The translations under genes and the position numbers were made by a program. A DNA stretch of 64,000 bases, from positions 5,174 through 69,173 of the forward strand of contig JACPHV010000032.1 of assembly GCA_016188385.1 (NCBI GenBank), in the 5' to 3' direction. Under the pieces are notes generated by a model. The model was not told the DNA's origin. It did not search any database and saw only the letters and a program-made list of their open reading frames with translations. Below, piece after piece: positions 28,187 through 38,963 of the stretch. The DNA comes from Candidatus Uhrbacteria bacterium. Lineage in GTDB: Bacteria; Patescibacteriota; Patescibacteriia; JACQRZ01. The first letter of the stretch is position 1. Every line of letters starts with the position of its first letter.

Positions 28187-30870
28187 TGCAAAGATTTCCG
28201 GAACAACATGTGAGCGTCCGAGGAACTCATTCCGAAGGGAAAACGGCAAGGCAAGAATGGCGTGCGACGAGGTTTTATCAAGTACCGGCTGCCTTTGCTC
28301 TGTGTGCGTTAGCCATTGGCATGGCGCCGGTCCAGGCAGATGCCGCGACACTATCGCGCGATGAACTTTTTGCCGGTGAATATATTACAGTCACAGGCGA
28401 GAACTTCGGCCCGCCCAATCTCTCCACAAGCTATCTGTGCTTTTTTGATAACACTCACTGCGTGAGCGCCACGAGTTTTGGCGAACGCGCCGGATGGGAG
28501 TGGAGCGATACCGCCATTACGGGACAAGTGCCCAATGAAGTACCCATCAGCGGCGATATTATTGTATACGTTCAAGCAAAAAAAGAAGAATGTTTTCCGA
28601 ATCTTGGGTACTGCGAAGTCTCTACATTTCTTGAAGCGCGCGCGCGAGCATCCTATACCATCCTCCCGAAAATTTTGGATGTAAATCCGAAGCCTTCGGC
28701 AACGCGAAATCAGACGATTACGATAACCGGCACAGGATTCGGGGACCAGATCGGTGAAGTCCGCCTCGACTCATATCTCGCGGCAATCACCAGCTGGACT
28801 GACGGCAGCATTACTGTTACGCCTCCGGCACAACTTGTCGGGAGCACAAAACAAATCCGTATCACGACCGGAAACGCAAAAAGCGCGACGAGCGATTATC
28901 GGGTCGCTGTCGGCATATCCAACGATGAGTATTCCTACTTGCAGGAATATCTTGAACAAGTCTACGTCAAAGAAGCGTGGGCGCTTGCCGGAACAAACGA
29001 AGTGATCGTTGCCGTCATTGATGACGGCGTGCTGTTGTCGCACCCTGATCTGCAGGGACAGTTTTGGCGCAATACCAAGGAGATTCCCGGCAATGGCATC
29101 GATGATGATTTCAATGGATTCATAGACGACGTGCAAGGGTATAACTTCTTGGATGGAAATACCGACTTGTCTCCTAAAGGCCTTCACGGCACCGCGGTAG
29201 CCGGCATCATAGGCGCCGTGCGCGACAATGCGATCGGTATCGGCGGTATCGTGAAACATGTTAACATCATGCCGCTCTTGGTTGCGGATAGCGACGGCGT
29301 GACGAATTCGCAGATTGTCGACCGCGCGATCAAATACGCGGCGGACCATGGCGCATCGATCATAAATCTAAGCTTTAGCACAAGCGGGGAGGATCAATTC
29401 TTTCCACAACTGGATGCGTCGATCGATTACGCATTCAGCAAAGGAGCCGTGGTTGTCGCCGCGGCAGGCAACGGAGATGTCAAAACGGGAGCGGGGTTGC
29501 ATGTGAATAATTTCCCGCAGAGTCCGGTGTGCAATACGCGACGCGGTACTACAGGGCTCGGTATCGCAGCGCTCGATAATACTGACCGCCCGACCGGAGG
29601 CAACAAAATAGCAACCTGGTCGAATTATGGAAGCAATTGCATTTCTCTCTCCGCTCCAGGCACCCGCCTTTATACCACTACGGCCGATGCATATCAAAAA
29701 GAAGGCAAACTGTATGGCGCGGAAAGCGGAACATCATTCGCAACGCCACTGGTGGCAGGTATCGCTGCGCTTCTGAAAGCAACGTACCCGACTATGACGG
29801 CGACTAATATCATTGACCGTCTGCTTGCCACAGCCGATCCGATTGATGAATATAACCCCGAAAAAGCGGGACACATTGGCAAGCGAATCAATGCTTTTAA
29901 GGCATTGGCGGCCGGCAAACCTATCCCCGCGCTCGTCTCATTTTCACCGCATGAGTTCAATGCGGGAAGTAGGCTTCTCGTGTCACTATCACTCTATGAT
30001 CCTCTCTACTCACTTGTCTTAACTCCGGTGTCAGGAGGCTCTGATATCAGATTTTCTTCCGGAGAAATTACTGTCGTAAATACAACGGAGATTTCGATAG
30101 CTCTTCCGACATCCCTATTACCGGGTTCGTATCGGCTTCGTCTCCTTTCGCCCACCGGGGAAGAAATCAGTTTTCTCTCTGAATCTTTCGTAGTGCCGAT
30201 ACAACTTGTAAGCGATGAATCGACACAATCGAAACAAGAGCCATCGGAACACAGAGCGCAGATCGATGAACCATCCTCGGATATACAGGAACAAAGCGGC
30301 GATCAGCAATCAATGACCGAGAGTCCGATTATCATTGAGAAGGGGGAGACAGTCAGGCCAACATCAGAGATTAAATCGGAGCTCCTGCCGGAAGCCGTCC
30401 CGAATGAAAAAGTCGCCGGTAGCGGATCGCGGTCGGTCGTTACAGACCCAAAAGCAATTTCGCTGATCAATACATTAAAAGGCAGGATTCTTCTCCAGGT
30501 TGAGAGTAAAGGCGAGGCGTGGTATGTACGCCCCGATACCGGTGAACGCGTATTCATGGGGCGGCCGGCTGACGCGTTTCAGCTCATGCGCACGCTCGGC
30601 AAAGGAATCGCAAACGTTGATCTCGAACGTATCCCGGTCATTGGAAGTTCCAAGGCTCCAAGCGTTTCAGAGCTTGCTTTTACAAAAAAGCACGCGGGCA
30701 AGATTTTTATCCAGGTACAAGAAAAAGGCCGCGCGTGGTATGTGCATCCGAAAGAGTTCCGCAGATATTTTCTTGGCCGTCCCGCGGATGCGTTTGAAAT
30801 CATGCGGCGAACCGGACTTGGGATTACAACAAAAGACCTATCGTTGATTCCTATTCAGACTTTTCGTTGA
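28171..30870 (+). CDS. Secreted subtilisin-like (S8) serine protease with two C-terminal copies of the ~55-aa GEAWYV...GRPADAF repeat
   Basis: Catalytic triad context: VAVIDDGV (Asp), HGTAVAGIIG (His), GTSFATPLVAGIAALL (Ser). The C-terminal repeats GRILLQVESKGEAWYVRPDTGERVFMGRPADAFQLMRTLGKGIANVDLERI and GKIFIQVQEKGRAWYVHPKEFRRYFLGRPADAFEIMRRTGLGITTKDLSLI match the repeats of ORF 5522..6388. Confidence 0.85.
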   Translation: MDETVMQRFPEQHVSVRGTHSEGKTARQEWRATRFYQVPAAFALCALAIGMAPVQADAATLSRDELFAGEYITVTGENFGPPNLSTSYLCFFDNTHCVSATSFGERAGWEWSDTAITGQVPNEVPISGDIIVYVQAKKEECFPNLGYCEVSTFLEARARASYTILPKILDVNPKPSATRNQTITITGTGFGDQIGEVRLDSYLAAITSWTDGSITVTPPAQLVGSTKQIRITTGNAKSATSDYRVAVGISNDEYSYLQEYLEQVYVKEAWALAGTNEVIVAVIDDGVLLSHPDLQGQFWRNTKEIPGNGIDDDFNGFIDDVQGYNFLDGNTDLSPKGLHGTAVAGIIGAVRDNAIGIGGIVKHVNIMPLLVADSDGVTNSQIVDRAIKYAADHGASIINLSFSTSGEDQFFPQLDASIDYAFSKGAVVVAAAGNGDVKTGAGLHVNNFPQSPVCNTRRGTTGLGIAALDNTDRPTGGNKIATWSNYGSNCISLSAPGTRLYTTTADAYQKEGKLYGAESGTSFATPLVAGIAALLKATYPTMTATNIIDRLLATADPIDEYNPEKAGHIGKRINAFKALAAGKPIPALVSFSPHEFNAGSRLLVSLSLYDPLYSLVLTPVSGGSDIRFSSGEITVVNTTEISIALPTSLLPGSYRLRLLSPTGEEISFLSESFVVPIQLVSDESTQSKQEPSEHRAQIDEPSSDIQEQSGDQQSMTESPIIIEKGETVRPTSEIKSELLPEAVPNEKVAGSGSRSVVTDPKAISLINTLKGRILLQVESKGEAWYVRPDTGERVFMGRPADAFQLMRTLGKGIANVDLERIPVIGSSKAPSVSELAFTKKHAGKIFIQVQEKGRAWYVHPKEFRRYFLGRPADAFEIMRRTGLGITTKDLSLIPIQTFR

Positions 30871-30923
30871 CACCGATGTCGGCGCGCCATACAATGGAAT
30901 AGTCACGCTGATACTACCAAACT

Positions 30924-31406
30924 ATGCTTCTCGATTATCTTAAAACAAAATACCGCGAATTGCTTGATGAAGGCTGGGCAGCGTACGAAATGGGCAATCT
31001 TCGAAAAGCGGAAAAACATTTTTCAGAAATAGTCGCGAATGAAGATGATCAGGATAATTCTCCCTCTACGATCCTAGAAGCGCATGCCGCCCTTGGCATT
31101 GTGAATCTGCGCCACAGGGATTTGTTTGAAGCGAATCGGTGGCTTCAAGAGTGCATGTATATGATCGAGCGTCGTTATCCCGACGGCATGCCAAAAACTC
31201 TCAACTGGAAGCAGCATGATGACCGCGCTCTCATGCGCGTCATGGTCGGTCTTGGGCATCTTGCGTATGAAAAACATGATCTGCACCGCGCTCGGTCATA
31301 CTATGAAACGCTGATCAAGGCCGATAAAAAGGATGAACTCGGCATGCGGCGTTATCTTGACGCGATCGAGCAAGGGATCCCATTCGCGGATATGGAATTT
31401 TTTTAG
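30924..31406 (+). CDS. Hypothetical TPR-like helical repeat protein
   Basis: Ala/Leu-rich helical repeats (e.g. AHAALGIVNLRHRDLFEANRWL; GLGHLAYEKHDLHRARSYYETLI). Confidence 0.4.
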   Translation: MLLDYLKTKYRELLDEGWAAYEMGNLRKAEKHFSEIVANEDDQDNSPSTILEAHAALGIVNLRHRDLFEANRWLQECMYMIERRYPDGMPKTLNWKQHDDRALMRVMVGLGHLAYEKHDLHRARSYYETLIKADKKDELGMRRYLDAIEQGIPFADMEFF

Positions 31407-31412
31407 AATGAA

Positions 31413-32120
31413 ATGCGAGGTACGCTTATCGCAATCGAAGGGACTGACGGCAGCGGCAAAGGCACGCAGATAGCGTTGCTCGCCGAACGTCTGCGGACAG
31501 AAGGGCGGACAGTCGCTGTCCACTCGTTTCCGCAATACGGTAAGAAATCGGCAGGTTTGGTCGAAGAGTATCTCAATGGCGCGTACGGCCACGCGGATAG
31601 CGTTGATCCCCATGCCGCATCGCTATTTTTTGCCCTTGATCGATTCGACGCATCGCGCGCCATTAACGATGAGCTCGCCGAGGGAGCCATAGTTCTTCTT
31701 GACCGCTATATTGACTCGAATGTCGGGCATCAGGGAGGTAAAATTCGTAATGAAGATGAACGCGCGCGTTATGTCGCATGGCTCTATGACCTTGAATTTC
31801 GCATTTTGAAAAATCCACGGCCCGACTTTACGCTTGTCATCCATGTGCCGCCCTCCATCGGACAAGAGATGGTAAAGAAAAAGGCCCAACGCAGCTATCT
31901 TGAAGGGGGTAAAACACATGATATGCATGAAGGTGATTTGCAGCACTTGCAGCACGCTGAAGAAGCATTTTTATGGCTCGTTCAGACCTCGCCGAACACG
32001 CATGAGCTCATTGAATCATATACCGACAGGCTCTTGACACCTCAAGAAGTGCATGAAAAGGTCTGGTCAAAAGTGCATGCGATTTCATTTAGTACAGAAA
32101 ACAATGCCGAATCAGATTGA
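31413..32120 (+). CDS. tmk: Thymidylate kinase
   Basis: P-loop IAIEGTDGSGKGTQ and the DRY motif LLDRYIDSN. Confidence 0.9.
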   Translation: MRGTLIAIEGTDGSGKGTQIALLAERLRTEGRTVAVHSFPQYGKKSAGLVEEYLNGAYGHADSVDPHAASLFFALDRFDASRAINDELAEGAIVLLDRYIDSNVGHQGGKIRNEDERARYVAWLYDLEFRILKNPRPDFTLVIHVPPSIGQEMVKKKAQRSYLEGGKTHDMHEGDLQHLQHAEEAFLWLVQTSPNTHELIESYTDRLLTPQEVHEKVWSKVHAISFSTENNAESD

Positions 32121-33300
32121 AAAAATTATACGAGACTTGGCGGCAGGCGAACCTGTCATCATTACCGACGACGAGTCGCGCGAGAATGAAGGGGATTTGA
32201 TTTTTGCGGCAGAATTCGCCACTCCCGAATTGGTGAATTTTATGATCAAAGAATGCCGTGGCTTGATCTGCGTACCGCTTTCGGATGACAGGATCACGCA
32301 GCTCGGATTGCATAACATGGTGAGCGAATCTCGTGATACCATGAATACCTCCTTTACGGTTTCCGTAGATGCCGCGACAGGTATCAGCACCGGAATTTCG
32401 GCCGCTGATCGCTCGCGTACCATACAACTTTTGGCCGACAGCGCCACGCGTCCATCCGATCTGGTTGCTCCCGGGCATATATTCCCGCTTCGTGGAAGAA
32501 AAGGAGGTGTGCTCGTTCGCGCGGGACATACTGAAGCCGCTCTCGATCTCATGCGTCTTTCCGCGTTGCAGCCCGCGGCGGTGATTTGCGAGATCATGAA
32601 TGATGACGGGACAATGGCTCGGCGCGATGATCTTGATCGTTTCTCAAAAATTCATGGATACAACATCGCTTCTGTTCGGGACTTGATCGCATATCGTCGG
32701 AGCACCGAGGTCCTCGTCGAATACATCTCGGAAGCGCCGATCCCGACGAATACCGGTGAATGGACGCTGAAATTGTTTCGTTCCAAGATTGACGGACTCG
32801 AGCACTGCGCGCTCGTAAAGGGTGATATTACGGAAGCGCCCGTACTCGTAAGAGTCCATTCAGAGTGTTTTACAAGCGAAGTATTGGGATCTCGCCGATG
32901 CGATTGTCGTGAACAGCTCTCAAGCGCGATGAGCCAGATTGAGAAAAAGGGTAACGGGGTGATCCTCTATATGCGTCAAGAAGGAAGAGGGATCGGCCTT
33001 GCCAATAAGCTGAAGGCATATCAACTTCAAGACCTGGGCATGGATACGGTGCAAGCGAATGAGCGGCTTGGGTTCAAGGCTGATTTGCGCGAATACGGCA
33101 TAGGAGCGCAAATACTCAAGGCGCTTGGCATCACAAAGATAAGGCTCCTTACCAACAATCCGAGAAAGATCGTCGGACTTGCCGGTCATGATCTTGAGAT
33201 TGTAGCACGCGTACCTATTGAAATGACCGCGCATGACGGCAATCGCTCATATCTTAAGGCAAAAAAATCAAGGCTTGGACACCTTCTTTCCCATGTCTGA
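32104..33300 (+). CDS. ribBA: Bifunctional 3,4-dihydroxy-2-butanone-4-phosphate synthase / GTP cyclohydrolase II
   Basis: DHBP synthase region (RENEGDLIFAAEFATPELVNFM) and GCH-II zinc motif (VHSECFTSEVLGSRRCDCREQL). Start taken at the internal ATG at 32104 rather than the upstream ORF start at 32053. Confidence 0.88.
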   Translation: MPNQIEKIIRDLAAGEPVIITDDESRENEGDLIFAAEFATPELVNFMIKECRGLICVPLSDDRITQLGLHNMVSESRDTMNTSFTVSVDAATGISTGISAADRSRTIQLLADSATRPSDLVAPGHIFPLRGRKGGVLVRAGHTEAALDLMRLSALQPAAVICEIMNDDGTMARRDDLDRFSKIHGYNIASVRDLIAYRRSTEVLVEYISEAPIPTNTGEWTLKLFRSKIDGLEHCALVKGDITEAPVLVRVHSECFTSEVLGSRRCDCREQLSSAMSQIEKKGNGVILYMRQEGRGIGLANKLKAYQLQDLGMDTVQANERLGFKADLREYGIGAQILKALGITKIRLLTNNPRKIVGLAGHDLEIVARVPIEMTAHDGNRSYLKAKKSRLGHLLSHV

Positions 33301-34366
33301 TGAACAGTTCATGCGCCAAGCTCTCGGACTCGCCGAGCACGGTTTAGGGTTCGCAAGCCCGAATCCGTGCGTCGGCGCTTTGATTGTAAAAAACGGCCGT
33401 GTCATCGGAAGGGGGTACCATCGGCAAGAAGGCGGGCCGCACGCGGAGATTGAGGCATTGCGTTCATGCAAAGAGGATCCCGCAGGTGCCGCGATGTATG
33501 TCACATTGGAGCCATGCACTCATTGGGGCAAAACACCGCCCTGTGTTCCTGCCATCAAGGAAGCAGGCATCCTGCGCGTGGTGATCGGAACTCGCGATCC
33601 GAATCCGAATGTTGAGGGCAATGGGGCTCGCTGCCTTCAAGATGCAGGTATCGAGGTATCGTTCGGGATAGAGGAATATGCCTGCAAGCATCTCATACGC
33701 TACTTCGCGCACTGGGTATCGACAGGTATTCCCGCTGTCATCGGTAAAGTCGCGATAAGCGCAGATTACAAAATAGCCGCCGCCCCCGGAGTGCGGACTC
33801 GCGTGACGGGTGAAGAAGCATATCAGTATGTTCACGCGCTGCGCCATAGCGTTGATGCGATTCTCGTTGGTTCGCATACAGTTGCCGTAGACGATCCGTA
33901 CCTTACCGATCGGAGCGGGTCCATGAAATCGGATCCATTGCGCGTTATTCTCGATCGTTCTCTTTCTACACCGCTTGCGTCGAATGTATATGCGGATACA
34001 CATGTAATAGCGGTTCATTCGATAAGCGCAACGGAAGAACGGCGAGCCGCATTTGAGAGTGCAGGCATTCCAATCGTTCTCTTTCCCGAAGAGGATGGCG
34101 GTATTTCGCTTGATGCGCTGCTTGCGTATCTCGGCAAACGCGGGATTACCAGTCTGCTTGTTGAAGGAGGGAAGCGTACGATCGATGCGTTTATGAGATC
34201 GAGCAAGATCAATGAATGGCATATTTTTCAAAGCGCGGACCGTATCGGTCCTGATGGCCTTGACGCGTGCGGTGATATCCCATTCCTACAATCCGTGATA
34301 AGAGCAGCCGAGGCTTTATCATGCGGTCCCGATACTTATTATTTCTTATCAGCCCTTGACAGGTAA
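33293..34366 (+). CDS. ribD: Bifunctional riboflavin biosynthesis deaminase/reductase RibD
   Basis: CMP/dCMP deaminase zinc motifs HAEIEAL...TLEPCTHWGKTPPC plus a C-terminal RibD reductase domain. The start at 33293 overlaps the ribBA stop by 8 nt. Confidence 0.85.
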   Translation: MSDEQFMRQALGLAEHGLGFASPNPCVGALIVKNGRVIGRGYHRQEGGPHAEIEALRSCKEDPAGAAMYVTLEPCTHWGKTPPCVPAIKEAGILRVVIGTRDPNPNVEGNGARCLQDAGIEVSFGIEEYACKHLIRYFAHWVSTGIPAVIGKVAISADYKIAAAPGVRTRVTGEEAYQYVHALRHSVDAILVGSHTVAVDDPYLTDRSGSMKSDPLRVILDRSLSTPLASNVYADTHVIAVHSISATEERRAAFESAGIPIVLFPEEDGGISLDALLAYLGKRGITSLLVEGGKRTIDAFMRSSKINEWHIFQSADRIGPDGLDACGDIPFLQSVIRAAEALSCGPDTYYFLSALDR

Positions 34367-34384
34367 TAGGCTGTTCGCTATCAT
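34356..34384 (+). promoter_or_regulatory. Sigma-70-type promoter TTGACA-N17-TATCAT for hrcA operon
   Basis: TTGACA at 34356-34361 and TATCAT at 34379-34384, immediately upstream of CIRCE. Confidence 0.5.
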
Positions 34385-34411
34385 TTAGCAATCAAGAGAT
34401 CAGATTGCTAA
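34385..34411 (+). promoter_or_regulatory. CIRCE-like HrcA operator (TTAGCAATC-N9-GATTGCTAA)
   Basis: Perfect 9-bp inverted repeat with a 9-nt spacer, ending 1 nt before the hrcA start codon. It resembles the CIRCE consensus TTAGCACTC-N9-GAGTGCTAA. Confidence 0.75.
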
Positions 34412-34412
34412 T

Positions 34413-35129
34413 ATGCTCGATGAACGCAAGATTACCTTAGTTCAGTATATGGTTGAATGCTATATCGCGTCTGCCCAGCCGGTGGCCTCGATTATGCTTG
34501 TCAGGAAATATCAGCTATCATACAGTCCTGCCACCGTACGAAACGAATTCGCGTCTTTGGAAGACGAAGGATATGTACGGCAGCCCCACGCGTCATCCGG
34601 TCGCATACCGACAGAACGGGCATATCAGCTCTACCTTGAACAGGTGCAGCCAAAGCGTATTCCCCGTTCGGTTGCCCAACGGCTCGAAAGCGCTTGGGCG
34701 CGACAGACATCCCATCAATTTGACCGTTATTGCCAACTTGGCAGAGTACTTTCCGATGAAGCGGAGGAATTCGTTTTTGTGTCGCTTCAAACAGGCGAAC
34801 TTTCTTGCACGGGCTTTGCCTACCTGTCACAAAAACCTGAATTTCTTGACCAGAAGTTTGCATCCGTGGTCACCGAAGCGATCGACCATCTTCATGAATT
34901 AGTGGAACGGCTTTATACCGCGGCAACCGGCGAAGCGCAGATATTGATCGGAAGAAATGATGTTTTTTCAGGAGCGTGCGGCAGTATATTCAGTACATTT
35001 GATCTGGAAGACAACTCCCGCGGCATGATCGGAATCATCGGTCCTATGAGAATGAATTACGGATACAATATCGGATTAATAAAAACCGCGTGCGAACTCG
35101 TCTCGACATCATCTGCGAATAATTTATAA
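34413..35129 (+). CDS. hrcA: Heat-inducible transcription repressor HrcA (short, 238 aa)
   Basis: The N-terminal winged helix (VQYMVECYIASAQPVASIMLVRKY...SPATVRNEFASLEDEGYVRQPHASSGRIPTERAYQLYL) matches HrcA. Lies upstream of grpE-dnaK-dnaJ. Confidence 0.8.
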   Translation: MLDERKITLVQYMVECYIASAQPVASIMLVRKYQLSYSPATVRNEFASLEDEGYVRQPHASSGRIPTERAYQLYLEQVQPKRIPRSVAQRLESAWARQTSHQFDRYCQLGRVLSDEAEEFVFVSLQTGELSCTGFAYLSQKPEFLDQKFASVVTEAIDHLHELVERLYTAATGEAQILIGRNDVFSGACGSIFSTFDLEDNSRGMIGIIGPMRMNYGYNIGLIKTACELVSTSSANNL

Positions 35130-35140
35130 CATATCGCATT

Positions 35141-35698
35141 ATGACCACACCTACGGATCAAGAGGAACACAAACAGGAGCCGTCGGCGGTAAGTGAACAA
35201 ACACAATCAGCTCCCGACCACAGTGATTTGCAAGAGCAGATCAATCGGCTCACCATAGCATGCGAGGAAAACCTCAACGGCTGGAAGCGAGCAAAAGCGG
35301 ATTATATCAATTATAAAAACGCGCAGGAAACGCATGCGAAAGAATTAGCGCAAGTCGCGAATATGGGCGCGCTACTGCGCATAATTCCAATCTACGAACA
35401 GCTGCGAAATGCAATTGTGCAACTCTCGGATGACCTCAAAGGATCGAGTTGGGTGCAGGGGGTAGAACAAATCAGCAAGCAGTTCAAGGATGCGCTGAAA
35501 ACTCTCGGAGTGGAAGAATACGGAGAATTGCAGGGGAAACGGTTTGATCCGGCGTTGCATCAAGCGCTTGGCCACGAATATGTCGAGGGAGTCAAAGAGG
35601 ATCATATTACGCAGCAGATTAGCGCGGGATATGCGTTTCATGGCAACGTATTGCTCCCGGCGCGCGTGATCGTAAATAAAAAACCGTTACAAACTTAA
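35141..35698 (+). CDS. grpE: Nucleotide exchange factor GrpE
   Basis: Coiled-coil N-terminus and C-terminal beta domain (FDPALHQALGHEYVEGVKEDHITQQISAGYAFHGNVLLPARVIV). Confidence 0.88.
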   Translation: MTTPTDQEEHKQEPSAVSEQTQSAPDHSDLQEQINRLTIACEENLNGWKRAKADYINYKNAQETHAKELAQVANMGALLRIIPIYEQLRNAIVQLSDDLKGSSWVQGVEQISKQFKDALKTLGVEEYGELQGKRFDPALHQALGHEYVEGVKEDHITQQISAGYAFHGNVLLPARVIVNKKPLQT

Positions 35699-35793
35699 AA
35701 GCAATCATAATAGTTTCATGACTCGCAATAATATCCAAGTATCATAATATTATCAATTAAGCTTACAATTATTCATTACAAATATATCAGGGT

Positions 35794-37704
35794 ATGTCAA
35801 AAATTCTCGGAATTGATTTAGGAACAACGAATTCATGCATGGCGATCATCGAAGCAGGTACGCCAAAGGTATTGGAAAATAAGGAGGGCAACCGTACTAC
35901 GCCATCTGTCGTAGCGACCACAAGCGGCGGCGAGCGTCTTGTCGGCCTTTTGGCGAAACGGCAAGCGGTGACGAATGCGCTCAACACGGTATTCTCGGTT
36001 AAGCGTTTCATCGGGCGCAGATATGATGACGCCGCGGTGCAGCGTGATGTTTCACTTATGCCCTATAAGGTTGTGAAATCAGGAGATAGCGTAAAAGTAG
36101 TGATGCAGGGCAAAGAATACGCGGCCGAAGAAGTATCCGCAATGATTCTGCAGAAGATGAAAGCCGATGCGGAAAGCCGAATCGGTGAAAAAATCACAGA
36201 AGCGGTCATTACGGTTCCGGCATATTTTGACGACGCGCAACGGCAGGCGACTAAAAATGCGGGAAAGATTGCGGGGCTCGAAGTAAAGCGCATTATCAAT
36301 GAACCGACAGCGGCCGCGCTCGCATACGGATTTAACAAGAAGAAAGACGAGAAAATAGTCGTGTATGATCTCGGTGGCGGTACGTTTGACGTGTCGGTGT
36401 TAGAAGTTGGCGACGATACGGTGGAAGTGAAAGCGACGAATGGAGATACGCATCTCGGCGGCGATGACTTTGATCAAAGGATCATCGAGTGGCTCGTACA
36501 AGAGTTCAAGAAGGATCAGGGAGTCGATCTTTCGGCGGATCAGCTCGCGCTGCAGCGCCTTAAGGAAGCGGCGGAAAAAGCAAAACATGAATTGTCGTCA
36601 GCCACAGAGACGGAAGTCAATCAGCCGTTTATCACTGCTGATTCAAGCGGACCGAAACATCTTGTCATCAAGCTCACGCGCGCCAAGCTTGAAGAATTGA
36701 TTTCCGATCTTGCGGACAAAACGCTTGAGCCGTGCCGTAAAGCGCTCGCGGATGCCGGCATGAACGCCAGTAATATCAACGAAATAATCCTTGTTGGCGG
36801 AATGACGCGAATGCCGCTTATTCAGCAAACAGTGGAAAAATTTTTTGGCAAGACGCCGAATGTTTCGGTAAACCCCGATGAGGTGGTTGCTCTGGGCGCG
36901 GCCGTGCAGGCCGGAGTGTTGCAAGGTGAAGTGAAAGACGTGCTCCTTCTCGATGTAACGCCGCTTTCACTCGGTATTGAGACATTGGGAGGGGTTATGA
37001 CTAAGCTCATCGATCGCAATACCACGATCCCTACCTCCAAGAGTCAAATATTTTCCACTGCCGCGGACAATCAGCCGTCCGTCGATGTCCATGTCCTTCA
37101 GGGGGAGCGTGAGATGGCGCAGGATAATAAAACTCTCGGAAGGTTTATGCTTGATGGCATCCCGCCAAGCCCTCGCGGCGTGCCGCAGGTGGAGGTGACG
37201 TTTGACTTAGACGCAAACGGGATTCTCAATGTTTCCGCAAAAGATAAGGCTACGGGCAAGGAACAGAACATAACGATTACCGCCTCGACAAATCTATCTC
37301 AAGACGAGGTTGCCCGCATGACAAAAGAAGCCGAATTGCACGCTGAAGAAGACAAAAAGAAGCGAGAAAAGATCGATGTTAAAAATATGGCGGAAAGCAC
37401 GATCTACCAGACAGAGAAGGTGCTGAAAGAACACGGCGAGAAAGCGCCTGCCGATGTAAAGAAGGAAATAGAAGATCAACTTGAAGCGTTGAAAAAGGTA
37501 AAAGATGGCGATGATATAAACGCCGTGAAACAAGCGCTGGAGACAGTAAACCAAACTGTCTCAAAGATAGGAGCGTCACTCTATCAACAATCCGGCGAAC
37601 AAGCACCAGGAGCCGAGCCGCAGCAAGGAGACTCATCCGGTGAAAGCGATCAGGAAAAGAAAGACGAGAAGCCGATTGATGCCGATTTCGAGAAAAAGGA
37701 TTAA
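35794..37704 (+). CDS. dnaK: Molecular chaperone DnaK (Hsp70)
   Basis: [27 protein letters not shown] and the EEVD-less acidic C-terminus. Confidence 0.95.
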   Translation: MSKILGIDLGTTNSCMAIIEAGTPKVLENKEGNRTTPSVVATTSGGERLVGLLAKRQAVTNALNTVFSVKRFIGRRYDDAAVQRDVSLMPYKVVKSGDSVKVVMQGKEYAAEEVSAMILQKMKADAESRIGEKITEAVITVPAYFDDAQRQATKNAGKIAGLEVKRIINEPTAAALAYGFNKKKDEKIVVYDLGGGTFDVSVLEVGDDTVEVKATNGDTHLGGDDFDQRIIEWLVQEFKKDQGVDLSADQLALQRLKEAAEKAKHELSSATETEVNQPFITADSSGPKHLVIKLTRAKLEELISDLADKTLEPCRKALADAGMNASNINEIILVGGMTRMPLIQQTVEKFFGKTPNVSVNPDEVVALGAAVQAGVLQGEVKDVLLLDVTPLSLGIETLGGVMTKLIDRNTTIPTSKSQIFSTAADNQPSVDVHVLQGEREMAQDNKTLGRFMLDGIPPSPRGVPQVEVTFDLDANGILNVSAKDKATGKEQNITITASTNLSQDEVARMTKEAELHAEEDKKKREKIDVKNMAESTIYQTEKVLKEHGEKAPADVKKEIEDQLEALKKVKDGDDINAVKQALETVNQTVSKIGASLYQQSGEQAPGAEPQQGDSSGESDQEKKDEKPIDADFEKKD

Positions 37705-37718
37705 TTCATTCTATTGTA

Positions 37719-38801
37719 ATGAAAAAGGATTATTATTCAGATTTGGGCATTGCGAACAATGCGAGCCAAGATGACATAAAAAAAGCATTCCGCAAACTCG
37801 CGCATCAACATCATCCTGATAAGCAGGGCGGAGATGAAAAGCGATTTAAGGAAATCAACGAGGCGTATCAAGTGCTCTCTGATCCGCAAAAACGCCAGCA
37901 GTATGATCAGTATGGTCATGCGAATCATCAGGCAGGAGCTGGATTTTCATGGGAGGATATGGCGCGACAGGGAGGAAATGGCGGGGGGGTGCAATTTGAT
38001 TTTGGAGATCTCGGCGACGTATTTGGAGATATGTTCGGTTTTGGCGGCTCGAAGAAAGGCGCGCGGCGCGATACCCGCGGCAGCGACCTTCAAATTGATA
38101 TTGATATCGAGCTGAAAGAAGCTATCACGGGCTTGAAAAAAGAGCTTCGGATTCCGAAGTCAGTGAAATGCGACGCGTGCGCAGGATCAGGAGCGGAGCC
38201 TGGATCGAAAGTAATCACATGCCCCACGTGCGCGGGTAGCGGACAAGTCGCCACAACACAGCGGACGATACTCGGTGTGTTTCAGAGCGCGGCGCCGTGT
38301 TCCGCATGCAAAGCGACCGGAAAAAAGATCGAAAAAAAATGCAAGGCATGCTCCGGAGATGGCCGTGTCAGAAAGGAAGGAAAGATCAGCGTGTCAGTGC
38401 CCGCGGGCATTGACGACGGTCAGACATTGCGGCTATCCGGAGAGGGAGAAGCGGGCTCCCAGGGCGCGCCTGCGGGAGATCTGTATGTGCGTATCCATGT
38501 GCGGAGCGATAAACGCTTCGCGAGAAAAGGCGATGATCTTTATTCGGATCTCGAAGTTTCTTATTCCCAAGCCGCGCTTGGCGACAAGATAAAATTTCTC
38601 ACGCATGACGGCATGATGGAGGTCAAAGTGCCTGCAGCTATCCAGACGGGGCAGTTGATACGGCTTTCCAATCTTGGTTTGCCGCACCTGCAAAAAAAAG
38701 GGAGAGGCGACTTATACATACGCATAGTTGTCGCCACTCCAAAATCATTGAATAGAAAACAGAAGGAACTTTTCGAGCAATTGAAAAGAGAGGGGCTCTA
38801 A
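37719..38801 (+). CDS. dnaJ: Molecular chaperone DnaJ
   Basis: J domain with HPD (HQHHPDKQ), G/F-rich region, and four CxxCxGxG zinc-finger repeats. Confidence 0.93.
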   Translation: MKKDYYSDLGIANNASQDDIKKAFRKLAHQHHPDKQGGDEKRFKEINEAYQVLSDPQKRQQYDQYGHANHQAGAGFSWEDMARQGGNGGGVQFDFGDLGDVFGDMFGFGGSKKGARRDTRGSDLQIDIDIELKEAITGLKKELRIPKSVKCDACAGSGAEPGSKVITCPTCAGSGQVATTQRTILGVFQSAAPCSACKATGKKIEKKCKACSGDGRVRKEGKISVSVPAGIDDGQTLRLSGEGEAGSQGAPAGDLYVRIHVRSDKRFARKGDDLYSDLEVSYSQAALGDKIKFLTHDGMMEVKVPAAIQTGQLIRLSNLGLPHLQKKGRGDLYIRIVVATPKSLNRKQKELFEQLKREGL

Positions 38802-38865
38802 TCTGCGTTGGAAAAAGCTGCGTTTGTTTTGACATTCAATAGGATCTTTGAGAACATAGATATCA

Positions 38866-38930
38866 TGAGACCGTAGCACCATAGCTATTAAATCGGGAAT
38901 GACCGAGAAGCTCTGTCGCACCAGTCTCAT
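38866..38930. repeat. MITE-like element, compact copy (motif B only)
   Basis: ATGAGACCGTAGCACC...GGAATGACCGAGAAGCTCTGTCGCACCAGTCTCAT. Lies immediately upstream of the T4CP-like operon. Confidence 0.5.
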
Positions 38931-38963
38931 AATGGGTGTGTGTTTTTGTAGGATTTTAACGAT

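Noticed and set aside
32053-32103. Upstream extension of ribBA (start 32053) overlapping tmk by 68 nt
   Set aside because: The internal ATG at 32104 (MPNQIEKII) gives a normal RibB N-terminus with only a short overlap with tmk.
33464-34231. 255-aa minus-strand ORF inside ribD
   Set aside because: Antisense to a well-supported ribD with clear deaminase and reductase motifs. No motifs of its own.
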